Part shown: piece after piece, positions 28,909 to 39,263 of the stretch | Numbering within the stretch: position 1 is the first letter of the stretch | How the letters are laid out: each line of letters starts with the position of its first letter | Notes under the pieces: generated by a model | Database searches by the model: none | What the model saw: only the letters and a program-made list of their open reading frames with translations | Told to the model about the DNA's origin: nothing | Translations under genes and position numbers: made by a program | Virus record (IMG/VR): IMGVR_UViG_3300032116_000001 | Coordinates: 248,001 to 312,000 of that record | Direction: 5' to 3' (one strand) | DNA length: 64,000 nucleotides

Positions 28909-29898
28909 ATGTCAAGTGTATTAATAGTATCGCATATCGCTGATCTTGATGGAGTCGCTTCAGCAGTTTTGTTAACTGCATATTTCAAGGAGTTCAGAGG
29001 GATATTGCCCAATGTTGTGTTTGCAGATTACGAAAATGCTCAAGAAAAAGTTTTGAGTAATTCTGATTTTGCAGATGAAATCTGGATATGTGATTTATCA
29101 TGGAAGGAAAATAATATTGATTTGATTGATAAACTAAAATCAATCAAAATATTTTTTTTCGATCATCATTCAAGTTCAAGAAAATGTTTTGAGCATTGGG
29201 CTAACTCCGCAAGTATTTTTTTTGATGATTCAGGAAAAATGTGCACGGCGGATATAATTTACGCTTATTTGAGTAGTTTGTCTGAATCCACGGAGCTTCC
29301 ACCGCCAACTGAAGATTTTTTAAAGCTTATGGCCCCCATAGTTTCAGCAACTCATAGCAGAGACTTATGGATTAAAGATGACCCAAATGGCTGTGCTATA
29401 TCATGTGTTATTGATGATTTGGGCGCAGAACATGTTTTTTTTGAACTTATTAAAAATCCAGAAAAAATACACATATCTAATTTCCCGAAACAATGGACTG
29501 ATTCTGTGAGTAAGTTTGAAGAAAAATTAAACTTATCATATGACATGGCCCAAAAAACACTTTTGACGGAAGTTGTTAATGGGGTTAATGTTTGTGCATG
29601 TTTTGCCTTGGGTGCAATTTCAGAAACTGGAGAAAGAATCCTCAAAGAAAAAGGTCCTAGTCTTATTGGTTTTATTGATTTGAACAGAAAGGAAATATCT
29701 TTTAGAACAAATGAAGAAACAATAGAAATTGTCGGATTTGGGGTAAATAAAATCGCATCATTTATTCATCAAAATGGTGGCGGTCACCCCTGTGCCGCTG
29801 GAGCAGCCTGTTCCTCCAAGCATTTCACAGAAGGCCCTATCGCCCTACTTAATGATATGCTTAAATGTGTCAAAAATCAACAATTAATTAAAAAGTAA
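28909..29898 (+). CDS. DHH/DHHA1 phosphoesterase (NrnB-like)
   Basis: SHIADLDG, ICDLS, FDHH, RDLW, SFR, GGGHPCAAG. Confidence 0.9.
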   Translation: MSSVLIVSHIADLDGVASAVLLTAYFKEFRGILPNVVFADYENAQEKVLSNSDFADEIWICDLSWKENNIDLIDKLKSIKIFFFDHHSSSRKCFEHWANSASIFFDDSGKMCTADIIYAYLSSLSESTELPPPTEDFLKLMAPIVSATHSRDLWIKDDPNGCAISCVIDDLGAEHVFFELIKNPEKIHISNFPKQWTDSVSKFEEKLNLSYDMAQKTLLTEVVNGVNVCACFALGAISETGERILKEKGPSLIGFIDLNRKEISFRTNEETIEIVGFGVNKIASFIHQNGGGHPCAAGAACSSKHFTEGPIALLNDMLKCVKNQQLIKK

Positions 29899-29910
29899 AA
29901 AGAGAAAAAT

Positions 29911-31461
29911 ATGAAAGTTACTCAAGTATCTATAATTCCATCAGAACAAGCTGCACTAGCTGGCCGACCCGCTCTTACTCCTGAATTACTTGCTGCGACA
30001 GGGGCCAGATATTCTCGCAATAACGAGGGATTGGATTCCATCATTGCCAATATCGACTTTGGAAATCGAGACGAAGTCATGTCTAGTGTTGCAGAATGGA
30101 TGCTTGAGCAATCAGAGCGCCATGATCAGGGAGATTGCGAATTCAATGACTTGGTGATTGCGTTTGATGAACATGCGCAGCGTATAAGACAGATTCGCGA
30201 TGCTAAGCTGGACAAGGGGGTGGATTCAATTTTCAAGATGGTGGACTACGGCCACGCCAGTATTGCCGATATGGCTCCTGTGGCGATTTTCATAGATGGA
30301 ATATCAATTTTTGCTGCATATTATCTATGGTCTATATGCCCTGTTGCAAGTGGGCAAGAATCTTCGACTAGATATATTAAACAAAACGCCTCTGGCTTAG
30401 TCTCACCCCATGTACTAGGAATACCTGAACACCTTCATGAAGAATGGGAGAAAGAAATGCTTAAGGCTTTTGAGTTGTATCAAAAAGCATTGGAGTTTTG
30501 GGAAAAATTAGCTCAAGAAAATCCAGAAATTACAAAAATACCAAAATCTCTTCTTGAGAGTACAGATGAAAAAGACAAGAAGAAAGTTGATCGAATGCTG
30601 AGGAACTATGCGTTCGATAGGGCCAGAGTTTACTTACCTGTTGCAGCTGCAACGAATGTCATGATGATTCAATCAGCTCGTGCCTGGGCCTCTACAGCAT
30701 CTTATTTGCAGTCTACTCCCTGGCCCGAATTAGTAACTCTTGGCGAGAATATCGCCAAAGAAATGGCTCTTGCCACCCCGAGACTACTTAAGCACACGAA
30801 GCCTACAGAATCAACTAAATTGGTCTTGATTGATGAAATTAACAATTGGAAAGACATGATCCTAGATATTTTGCTTTATCCATTAGAATTAGAACATGGC
30901 GTTGGTTCCGCTGCTAATCCAAAGGCAAATATTAGAATATCCGCCCCGCCTCTTACTAAGAGCGAATTTCAAAAAGCTCTTGTGCATAGAACGAATCGCT
31001 ATTCTTTGGTCGGCAGCGCTTTAGAAAGAACATGGGTTACATTCTGGTGGGACGCTGTTGCAATGGCTGAAATTCGTGACTTAAATAGACACAGGACGGG
31101 AAACAAATATTGCCCACTTGTACCCGTAGGTTTTTATGCTGCCCTAGATCAAATTCCCGAAGGAGTCAATGATAACGATATGATAGAAGCAGCTTTTTGG
31201 GGGCGTAATGCCTCTTTAGATGCTGCTGAGATGTTAATTCACGGATCATATCATTATATTTATTGGACTTACCTTGGGACTCAGTTTCCATTTGAACATC
31301 AAACAACTGCAGATAAATTCATTTATGAAATGGAACTTCGAACAGGAATAGGTTCGCATTACAGATACGCAAAGCATTGTTTTGATATGCTTGAACTATT
31401 TTATGAAGAATTCCCAGAGCTTAAAGGATTAGTTCTGGAAGGTACTGCAGAGCCAGAATAA
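29911..31461 (+). CDS. thyX: FAD-dependent thymidylate synthase-like protein (two ThyX-like halves)
   Basis: ARYSR, YGHASIAD, QESSTRY, FDRARVYLP, RDLNRHR, ELRT..GSHYRY. Confidence 0.8.
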   Translation: MKVTQVSIIPSEQAALAGRPALTPELLAATGARYSRNNEGLDSIIANIDFGNRDEVMSSVAEWMLEQSERHDQGDCEFNDLVIAFDEHAQRIRQIRDAKLDKGVDSIFKMVDYGHASIADMAPVAIFIDGISIFAAYYLWSICPVASGQESSTRYIKQNASGLVSPHVLGIPEHLHEEWEKEMLKAFELYQKALEFWEKLAQENPEITKIPKSLLESTDEKDKKKVDRMLRNYAFDRARVYLPVAAATNVMMIQSARAWASTASYLQSTPWPELVTLGENIAKEMALATPRLLKHTKPTESTKLVLIDEINNWKDMILDILLYPLELEHGVGSAANPKANIRISAPPLTKSEFQKALVHRTNRYSLVGSALERTWVTFWWDAVAMAEIRDLNRHRTGNKYCPLVPVGFYAALDQIPEGVNDNDMIEAAFWGRNASLDAAEMLIHGSYHYIYWTYLGTQFPFEHQTTADKFIYEMELRTGIGSHYRYAKHCFDMLELFYEEFPELKGLVLEGTAEPE

Positions 31462-31463
31462 TT

Positions 31464-32300
31464 TCATGATTGAATCTTGAACAGAAGCACACTGAACCCG
31501 TCTTTGCTTTTCAGTACTCGATAGGGCTTGATTTCGGATGAGGCTATAATACTTGCCTCATCCGAAATTTCAGTAAAAACTATAGCCGTTTTTTGGGGCG
31601 GCAAGGTGGCGATTGTTTCGGCAGTGGCGCTCACGTTACCAGAATGGCAGATGATATATGTTGATGGATTTTCTTGAACAAAATTCCCTGCTATTAGGGA
31701 AATCATTTGAATTTCGTTTATAAATTTAGTGTTTGATTTACTCAATGGGTGCAGTCCAACACTTGTCATTGATGCTGTTTCTGCGATTGATTTTATAACC
31801 GAATTTGTGCTAGCTTCTATGCCATTCATCGCCATTATAAAATCAAACTCGCTATCCGATTGATTATTTTGATTTTCTAAGATTTGTTTTTTTCTATATA
31901 CGGCTTCAAATCCATCAATGATAATGTTTTCTCTAATATTGCCCCAAACAAACTCATTTTCATAATAAGCTGATGAAGAGCTTATTTGTTTTAAACAATC
32001 GAGAATGTTATCCTTGGACGGACATTCATGAGCCCAGCAAAACAACAAATTCCAATGAGTAAAATTTGAATATATTACTCCAGTTTTTACAGCCAATTCC
32101 TCGCACAATGGATGTTCAATAACCCTTTCAAGATTCATTGTCCTGTCCGCCTCGGTCATCCATGATATTTCCGAAGCACTTGGCGTGTGACCAAGAAATA
32201 TAAAAAACCTATCTGTGTTTTCAATATGGCCAAGTTTTGCGCCAGCATAAGAAGCCTCTTCATGAGTTCGGCAAAAAATAATTATTAAATTAGAAGCCAT
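31464..32300 (-). CDS. Hypothetical protein
   Basis: 278-aa ORF filling the gap between genes. Confidence 0.7.
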   Translation of the reverse strand: MASNLIIIFCRTHEEASYAGAKLGHIENTDRFFIFLGHTPSASEISWMTEADRTMNLERVIEHPLCEELAVKTGVIYSNFTHWNLLFCWAHECPSKDNILDCLKQISSSSAYYENEFVWGNIRENIIIDGFEAVYRKKQILENQNNQSDSEFDFIMAMNGIEASTNSVIKSIAETASMTSVGLHPLSKSNTKFINEIQMISLIAGNFVQENPSTYIICHSGNVSATAETIATLPPQKTAIVFTEISDEASIIASSEIKPYRVLKSKDGFSVLLFKIQS

Positions 32301-32348
32301 ATGTTTATTTTACAAATTATTGATTGTATAAAGAAGCAAATAATCAAT

Positions 32349-33746
32349 ATGAATATTACGGGAAATATAAAGGGCAGTTTACCAGATGGTGCAAGCAGAA
32401 TTGCGCAAAAACTATTTGGCGCACCCGACGACCCAAATTTATATAATAAAGATTCGTATAAAATAGCATCTCGTTTTTCTAATGAGAATTTTTGCGTTGT
32501 TGGTATTGCTGCTGATAAGGGCGCGTGTGGTCATTACAGATTGAAATTTCCGTTAATGCATTTGGAAAAACTTGGAGTAGAAATAAGAATATCTGACATC
32601 GGTGACATATCTGATTTAGATATGATTATTTTCAAGGGAGCAACCCATGTTATTCTTTCGCGTTGTTCTGATCGAGACATGTTCGAAGCGATAAGGGCAT
32701 GCTGTAAAAGATATGACATTACGTTGATTTATGACATTGATGATTGTTTTCATGAGATTAATGTAAAAAACCCAGCTTTTGGATTTTTTGATATAAACAC
32801 GGAATTTGGGAATAAAAATTTAAGGAACTTTGAATATTTTCTTGCAGAATCAGATGGGGTTATTTTCTCAACCAGAGAGCTTAAAGGTTATTATGAAGAA
32901 CAATTCCCGCATAGTCACATTCTTCATAATGGCTTGGACCTGAGCCTTAAGTGCAGAAATTGGTCGCCTTCCTCCAAGGCCAAGCGAAATGAAATTGCCG
33001 CATCTCAAGGATGCTATGTAGATGAAAACACAGTTGTTGTGGGCTGGGCGGGCAGCATTACGCATATTGCTGATTTGGAGCCAATGTCAGATGCAATAAA
33101 TACAATTCTTCAACAGAATCCAAATTCTTTAATAGGAATGTATTGCGATCCAGAAATGGCTATGCATTTTTGTTTGAACTCCTGGGGGTTGGCAGAAAAC
33201 AGATATTTTTTAATCCCGCCAACATCATTCAAATATTATCCAGAAAAGTTATCTTATTTTGATATTGGTTTAGCGCCGATTAAAAACTGTGCATTTAATC
33301 GATGCAAAAGTGACTTAAGGCTCATAGAAATGGGAGCAATGGGAGTGCCTTATGTAGCCAGTAAAGTCGCCCCTTATTATAGATTTCATCTTCAGACCAA
33401 GGGGGTCGGAGGATACATAGCGGAAACAACCGAAGAGTGGGTTGAAAAAACAAGCTTGTTAATTAGAAAAACTCAAGAGAGAGAGCTACGAGGATTGACG
33501 CTTAAAAACTATGTTTATAATAATTGTGATGTAAGTAATTCGGCAAGCAGCCTTGTATACACGCTGAAAACAATAAGAGAAAATAGCTTTAGCTATACGA
33601 AAGCGCCAGACGCTACTATTTTAAATGATCGAAGCATCGGCGTACCCAAACCCCGAAAAGAATACAAGCTAACTGACCAATGTCCTTGCGGAAGTGGAGA
33701 TCAGTATGGGACTTGTTGGAGAAATTGTTCTCCTGCCTGGGGATGA
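32349..33746 (+). CDS. GT-B (GT4-like) glycosyltransferase with C-terminal SEC-C-like motif
   Basis: GACGHYR, YDIDD, GWAGS.TH..DL, DIGLAP....FNRCKSDLRLIE; C-terminal DQCPCGSGDQYGTC. Confidence 0.85.
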   Translation: MNITGNIKGSLPDGASRIAQKLFGAPDDPNLYNKDSYKIASRFSNENFCVVGIAADKGACGHYRLKFPLMHLEKLGVEIRISDIGDISDLDMIIFKGATHVILSRCSDRDMFEAIRACCKRYDITLIYDIDDCFHEINVKNPAFGFFDINTEFGNKNLRNFEYFLAESDGVIFSTRELKGYYEEQFPHSHILHNGLDLSLKCRNWSPSSKAKRNEIAASQGCYVDENTVVVGWAGSITHIADLEPMSDAINTILQQNPNSLIGMYCDPEMAMHFCLNSWGLAENRYFLIPPTSFKYYPEKLSYFDIGLAPIKNCAFNRCKSDLRLIEMGAMGVPYVASKVAPYYRFHLQTKGVGGYIAETTEEWVEKTSLLIRKTQERELRGLTLKNYVYNNCDVSNSASSLVYTLKTIRENSFSYTKAPDATILNDRSIGVPKPRKEYKLTDQCPCGSGDQYGTCWRNCSPAWG

Positions 33747-34553
33747 TTAGACATGATTGTGAATAGCTTCCGCTGCGCTTCTGTAATTAATAAGGGCAGC
33801 ATGGGCAGCATCCATGTCTCTTGGCGTTAAAGTGTCTTTTTCGGGATTATCATGATTTTGGTGGATACATATTGTTCTTTCGTCCATCAATGTGTCCGTT
33901 TGTATACCCAGAAGATGTCTTCTTCCAAGAAAGTCCATATCAATAGAACCCCAGGTGTCAAACTCAGTCATGCCCCCGATGCGTCTCCACGTGTTTTTTG
34001 ATAAACCTCCGAAAACCCAGGATTGCCATTCTGTATGTTTGTCCATTGCCGAGTGGGAATAGTCACTCATATTATAAGCAGGATCAGAAGAGTAAAAACC
34101 TTCAAGATTTCTGACTTCCAGTGGGTTCTCCCACCATTTCACGGTGTCTAAATTTTCTTGCTCTTGAGGACTTAGATAATATATCTTACTTGCTACATAT
34201 ACTTCGTCTCTCGCGGCTGCGGCAACATGCTGCAAGGTCATCCATCCTGGAATAACTTCTGGATGAGTTGCCACAATAAAATTCCCTTTCGCGGCTCGAA
34301 TACCAAGGTTGATATTTCTTGCACAATCGCGCCAAACGTTTTCCCGCTTTCTCACAATGATCGACTTAATATCTATCTTTTTAGCATACTCCTTTATTAC
34401 AGCTTGAGTGTTGTCAGTTGAATCATCGTCTATGATGATTAGTTCAAAATCTTTATATGGCTGAGATTCGTATACTTTGAGTGATCTTTCAAGCAAGTGA
34501 GCACGATTATAAGTGACCATGACGACAGATAGCATGAGTATTTTATACATCAT
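33747..34553 (-). CDS. GT2 glycosyltransferase
   Basis: SVVMVTYNR, ELIIIDDDSTD, NLGIRAAKG, GGMTE...WGSID; start may be 34535. Confidence 0.9.
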   Translation of the reverse strand: MMYKILMLSVVMVTYNRAHLLERSLKVYESQPYKDFELIIIDDDSTDNTQAVIKEYAKKIDIKSIIVRKRENVWRDCARNINLGIRAAKGNFIVATHPEVIPGWMTLQHVAAAARDEVYVASKIYYLSPQEQENLDTVKWWENPLEVRNLEGFYSSDPAYNMSDYSHSAMDKHTEWQSWVFGGLSKNTWRRIGGMTEFDTWGSIDMDFLGRRHLLGIQTDTLMDERTICIHQNHDNPEKDTLTPRDMDAAHAALINYRSAAEAIHNHV

Positions 34554-34561
34554 GCTGATAA

Positions 34562-35788
34562 ATGCCAGAAATATTTCGTATTAGTGGTATGCATATTTCA
34601 AATATAATTTACAAAGGCGACCACGATGAGGCTACAATAAAGCAGATTCAGAATTGCGCTACAGATGAGTATGCGCAGCATGCTGTGCTGTGTGCAGATG
34701 GACACAAAGGTTGGAATATGCCCATTGGCGGCGTAGTGGCTTATGAAAATCACATCAGCCCTGCGGGAGTTGGGTTTGACATTGCGTGTGGTAATAAGGC
34801 CGTGCAGCTCAATGTAACATACGATCAAATTAAGGACGATTTGGCCAAAATCGCTGATGAAATTTTTGCATCTTTATCATTCGGAGTGGGAAGGGTGAAT
34901 AATGAGCGTGTCGAGCATGATGTATTTAATGATGCTGCGTGGCGCAACGTTAACTTTCTTCGTAAAACTCAATCGTTGATGCCTCTTGCTAGAGAACAAC
35001 TTGGTACTATCGGCTCTGGTAATCATTATGTAGATGTGTTCAAAGATGAAAAGGATTGTGTATGGGTGGGTGTTCACTTCGGTAGCCGAGGCCTTGGGCA
35101 CAAGATTGCCACTGAGTTCATTACTCAAGCTGGTGCAAATCCCAATGGTAACATGGATGATCCTCCTTGTCTTTTGGATGTAAACACTTCACTGGGGGAA
35201 GACTATATTCAAGCTATGAATTTAGCAGGACGGTATGCTTATGCAGGAAGAGACTGGGTGTGTCAGAAGGTGGCTTCTATCCTTGGAGCACAGATCGTGG
35301 AAGAGATTCATAATCACCATAATTTTGCATGGAAGGAGAATCATTTTGGCTCGGATTATTGGGTAGTCAGAAAGGGAGCTACTCCCGCGGCTCCTGGGCA
35401 GAAGGGATTTGTCGGCGGATCAATGGGCGAAAACTCTGTGATCCTTGAGGGTGTTGACACTGAAGAATCTGCGAAAATGCTTTATTCTACAGTACATGGC
35501 GCAGGCCGTGTACTGTCAAGAACTCAAGCCGCAGGCAAAACAAGATGGGTGAACGGAGAAAAAATCAGAGTTTCTGAAGGCCTTGTGAACATGGATAATG
35601 TTTTAAAGAATCTTTCCGAAAGTGGTGTAATCCTTCGTGGCGGTGGTGCTGACGAAGCGCCAGAGGTTTACAAGAGATTACCCGAAGTGCTTGCGCATCA
35701 TGGAAATACGATCAAGGTTGTTCACCAATTGAGCCCACTAATTGTGTGTATGGCGGGATCGGAAATCAGAGACCCGTATAAAGATTAA
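34562..35788 (+). CDS. rtcB: RNA 3'-phosphate/5'-OH ligase RtcB
   Basis: ADGHKG..MPIGG, VGFDIACG, LGTIGSGNHY, HFGSRGLG, HNHHN, RKGATPA, HGAGR, DEAPEVYK. Confidence 0.95.
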   Translation: MPEIFRISGMHISNIIYKGDHDEATIKQIQNCATDEYAQHAVLCADGHKGWNMPIGGVVAYENHISPAGVGFDIACGNKAVQLNVTYDQIKDDLAKIADEIFASLSFGVGRVNNERVEHDVFNDAAWRNVNFLRKTQSLMPLAREQLGTIGSGNHYVDVFKDEKDCVWVGVHFGSRGLGHKIATEFITQAGANPNGNMDDPPCLLDVNTSLGEDYIQAMNLAGRYAYAGRDWVCQKVASILGAQIVEEIHNHHNFAWKENHFGSDYWVVRKGATPAAPGQKGFVGGSMGENSVILEGVDTEESAKMLYSTVHGAGRVLSRTQAAGKTRWVNGEKIRVSEGLVNMDNVLKNLSESGVILRGGGADEAPEVYKRLPEVLAHHGNTIKVVHQLSPLIVCMAGSEIRDPYKD

Positions 35789-35798
35789 TTAATGCCGC

Positions 35799-36575
35799 AT
35801 GAGTCATACTAATCCCCAAACACTAGAGCGAAAACACTACGATAATATCAAGGTGTTTTCGCCCGATGATATTTTGATGTTTTTAACTTCAAGAAGGAAG
35901 GCTAACTGGTATCTTAAAAAAGGCATTGCCGAAGATATCATCGGGGATGCGTCGTCAATTAAGCTGAAATTTAAGCCGAATCAGCTTGGCCATCACGGTG
36001 ATGATTTTTATCTTAATGAAAAAGACAATATTTGTGTATGTTGTGGTTCATCTTGTGAACTAACAAGACATCATGTCATACCTAAGTGTTTTAGCAGGTA
36101 TATGCCAGCAAAATACACAAAGCACTCGTCGCACGATGTTCTACTGCTGTGTCGTGTGTGCCACGAAAAGTACGAAGATTCTGCCACTGCTATTAAAATG
36201 CAAATGATTGAACCATTTGCACAAAACTATAGCGAAGTAAGAAAAGCCAGCAGTGCCGCCCGCGCCATACTTAACAACTATGACAATTTAAGCTTTGAAA
36301 GATTTCAACATTATTTTCATATCATTGAAAACTATTTAGATAATGATTTTAGCCAAGAAGCATTAAGAAATTTAGCCAACATAAATAGTGGATATCAAAA
36401 AAATTGGTGGGCCGAGTACATTGCCAATTTAGAAAACCTGGATGAATTTAATAAATTTTGGCGTTCACATTTTATTGAAACATTAAAACCAAAATATCTC
36501 CCGCACGGCTGGAGCGTAGATAGATTGCCAAGTCTTATTTTGGCGGAACAAAAACAAGAGGAATATTCATTATGA
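35799..36575 (+). CDS. HNH-type nuclease resembling the EXD2 C-terminal domain
   Basis: SPDD...RRKANWYLKKG, NICVCCG, RHHVIP, HSSHDVLLLCRVCH. Confidence 0.8.
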   Translation: MSHTNPQTLERKHYDNIKVFSPDDILMFLTSRRKANWYLKKGIAEDIIGDASSIKLKFKPNQLGHHGDDFYLNEKDNICVCCGSSCELTRHHVIPKCFSRYMPAKYTKHSSHDVLLLCRVCHEKYEDSATAIKMQMIEPFAQNYSEVRKASSAARAILNNYDNLSFERFQHYFHIIENYLDNDFSQEALRNLANINSGYQKNWWAEYIANLENLDEFNKFWRSHFIETLKPKYLPHGWSVDRLPSLILAEQKQEEYSL

Positions 36576-37537
36576 ACAATATTATGGTTTTCGGCGGTGG
36601 GTCTCATCCCCAATTAACACATGATATTTGTAAAATAATGTCATTGTCTCCTGGTAAAACTTTAACAACTCGATTTTCTGATGGCGAAACGAGGGTAATC
36701 ATTGAGGATTCGGCTCGTGGGAAAGACGTATTCATCATTCAGCCGACTTGCGCTCCTGTGAATGACACATTTATGGAATTGTTTATCATGGCTGATGCTT
36801 TCAAGCGAGCTTCGGCAAGAACAATTACAGCTGTAATGCCTTATTTTGGATATGCCCGACAAGATAAGAAAGTGAAACCCAGAGAACCAATTACTGCCAG
36901 AATGGTGTGCGATTTTCTTAAAGCCACTGGTGTAAATAGAATAATGGCCATTGACATTCATGCTGAACAAATTCAAGGCTTCTTCGACGGTCCATTTGAC
37001 CATCTTTATGCTGGTCCAATTTTTGCCAATGCCCTGTCATATGTCGAGAAAACTCCAGATGATTATGTGATTGTCAGCCCTGACGCTTCTGGAACGAAAA
37101 GGGCGGAAAATCTTGCCAAACATTTAAATTGTGATTTTGCTATCATCACAAAAAACAGGCCGTCTCCAAATGCTGTTACACCAGGTAAGCTTATTGGTAA
37201 TGTAAAAGGCAAAAAATGTATCATATTGGATGATATGCTTGATACATGTGGAACTATTTGTCAGGCGGCTGACATGCTTATTGATGCTGGAGGCGTTTCT
37301 TCTATGGCTTGTTGCACTCATCCAGTTTTGTCGGGGAATGGAGCGAAAAAAATAGGAGAAAGCCAGTCCATTGAAAAGATTTTGGTTTTAGATACGATAC
37401 CCATTAGTCCACAAAAGCTTAATCAATTAAATAACAAGGCTGAAATTCTATCTTGTGCCGATTTGATTGCGCAATCTATCAAGTTGCATACAAGAGGGGA
37501 ATCTGTCAGCAGTTTGTTTTCGGAGTGGAGAGTTTGA
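36572..37537 (+). CDS. prs: Ribose-phosphate pyrophosphokinase
   Basis: FSDGE, PYFGYARQDKK, DIHAEQIQGFF, VSPDASG, ILDDMLDTCGT. Confidence 0.95.
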   Translation: MNNIMVFGGGSHPQLTHDICKIMSLSPGKTLTTRFSDGETRVIIEDSARGKDVFIIQPTCAPVNDTFMELFIMADAFKRASARTITAVMPYFGYARQDKKVKPREPITARMVCDFLKATGVNRIMAIDIHAEQIQGFFDGPFDHLYAGPIFANALSYVEKTPDDYVIVSPDASGTKRAENLAKHLNCDFAIITKNRPSPNAVTPGKLIGNVKGKKCIILDDMLDTCGTICQAADMLIDAGGVSSMACCTHPVLSGNGAKKIGESQSIEKILVLDTIPISPQKLNQLNNKAEILSCADLIAQSIKLHTRGESVSSLFSEWRV

Positions 37538-38106
37538 GAGTTGGTATTTTCGGTGGGAGCTTTGATCCTCCTCACTTGGGTCACGCGCAAATTCTTTGCG
37601 ATGCTGTTCATGCAATAAATCTTGATAAAGTGATTGTTGTACCCGCGAAAGTGAGTCCTTTTAAAATTGGTTCCACAAAAACACCCCCAGAGCACAGACT
37701 CAGAATGTCTCAGTTGGCATTTCCGAATGCATCGGTAAGTGACATAGAGATAGCTCGCCCAGAACCAAGTTTTTCATATTACACATTGCTTGATTTTCAA
37801 AAGATTATAAACGGGGAATTTTGGTGGATAGGGGGCACTGATTTATTATCAGGGTTAACAAAATGGCACAAAATCGAAGAGATGGCTGGTGCTTGTCGTT
37901 TTGCGATAGGCAATAGGCCTGGGTTTTGCAAGAGGCAGGAAGATGATTTACCTGACTGGCTTGTTAATAAAATTGACTTCTTTGACTCTGATCACGGAAT
38001 TAGCCTGTCTTCCACTGTGATTAGAGAAAATAAAGACATATGGGAATCTGGTCTTGACCCCTTAGTGAGAGAATATATTGCGTCTCAAAATTTATATCTA
38101 CAATAA
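37534..38106 (+). CDS. nadD: Nicotinate-nucleotide adenylyltransferase
   Basis: GIFGGSFDPPHLGH, SPFK, IGGTD...WH, LSSTVIRE, YI..NLY; TTG start overlapping the prs stop. Confidence 0.9.
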   Translation: MRVGIFGGSFDPPHLGHAQILCDAVHAINLDKVIVVPAKVSPFKIGSTKTPPEHRLRMSQLAFPNASVSDIEIARPEPSFSYYTLLDFQKIINGEFWWIGGTDLLSGLTKWHKIEEMAGACRFAIGNRPGFCKRQEDDLPDWLVNKIDFFDSDHGISLSSTVIRENKDIWESGLDPLVREYIASQNLYLQ

Positions 38107-38120
38107 CTAAGCGCACCTAA

Positions 38121-38136
38121 AAAAATCCCCTTTTTT
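38121..38136 (+). promoter_or_regulatory. 16-bp motif AAAAATCCCCTTTTTT, copy 2
   Basis: Upstream of ruvB, followed by TATAAT. Confidence 0.6.
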
Positions 38137-38179
38137 CAAGCCTTAGATAAGATATAATAGACATCAAGGCACATTTAAA

Positions 38180-39229
38180 ATGAGTACCACAATTAACACT
38201 GAATTTCGTCCCCTTACCTTCGCTGACTATTCGGGCCAGGAAGAAAGCAAGACCTACCTGCAGCTTAAAGTTTCGGCTTTCAAGAAGACTCGCCAGGCGG
38301 CAGGGCACGTGCTTTTCCTTGGCCCCTCGGGTCTTGGTAAGACTACGATTGCTACGATCTTTGCGAATGAACTTGGTGTTCGATTTCATCAGTTGATGGG
38401 CACTCGCATCAAGTCTTTTCAGGATATTATCAATATCGTTCAAAACATTAAGGAAAATGATATTGTTTTCATTGACGAAATTCACGCCTTGAATTCTCGT
38501 ATTCAGGAAGAGTTGTATATCTTGATGGAAGATTTTGCTTACGATCACTTTAGTCACCACTATGGCAAGAGTATTCGCCGAACTGTTCCGCGATTTACTC
38601 TGATTGGTGCCACTACTCATGCTGGCGATCTTAACGCTCCGCTTCTTGCACGGTTTCAAGATCGTATTGAACTTTCGCCTTACTCTCGTGCTCAGTTGAC
38701 CGAAATGATTATTAAGGCTGGGAAGCGCATGTACATGATTGATATTCCTGTGATTATTGCTGATAATCTTGCTAGACTTTCTCGACGAACTGCCCGCCAT
38801 GCGTATAGTTTGCTCAAGAGTTACATGGAAGTTGTTGAGGCTATGACCCCTGGAAATGTTACTGCAAATGATCTTGCCCTTGACTTGCTGGAAAAGACAC
38901 TTCGCATGAAGCGCATTGACCCAATCCTTGGCCTTGACGTTGCTTCACGCAAGTATCTTGTTGCTATTCTGCGCGATCCTTCGCCCATGGGTATCAAGTC
39001 TTTGGCCACGATGATTAATGAACAGGAAAGCACGATTAGTTACATGATTGAGCCCTTCTTGTTCTCTGATACCACTCTTTCGTACAACGGTCAGGACTTT
39101 TCTGGTCCCATGGCCCGACCGACGAAGAAGGGTCGAGTTGTTACCGAAGTGGCTGAAGCTTATATTCTGGCTTGCCAAAATCTTCAAAAAGAATCTGGAT
39201 GGTTTAATAACGAGTCGTTGACTTTTTAA
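38180..39229 (+). CDS. ruvB: Holliday junction branch migration ATPase RuvB
   Basis: RPLTFADYSGQ, GPSGLGKTT, FIDEIH, MEDF, FTLIGATT..GDL..PL..RF, IEPFL. Confidence 0.92.
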   Translation: MSTTINTEFRPLTFADYSGQEESKTYLQLKVSAFKKTRQAAGHVLFLGPSGLGKTTIATIFANELGVRFHQLMGTRIKSFQDIINIVQNIKENDIVFIDEIHALNSRIQEELYILMEDFAYDHFSHHYGKSIRRTVPRFTLIGATTHAGDLNAPLLARFQDRIELSPYSRAQLTEMIIKAGKRMYMIDIPVIIADNLARLSRRTARHAYSLLKSYMEVVEAMTPGNVTANDLALDLLEKTLRMKRIDPILGLDVASRKYLVAILRDPSPMGIKSLATMINEQESTISYMIEPFLFSDTTLSYNGQDFSGPMARPTKKGRVVTEVAEAYILACQNLQKESGWFNNESLTF

Positions 39230-39263
39230 AAAACACACTAAAACCAATAAGGTATAGACTAAT

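Noticed and set aside
35799-36575. Intron-encoded homing endonuclease
   Set aside because: The flanking rtcB and prs genes are each complete and there is no room for intron structure
38117-38800. 227-aa minus-strand ORF
   Set aside because: Antisense shadow of ruvB
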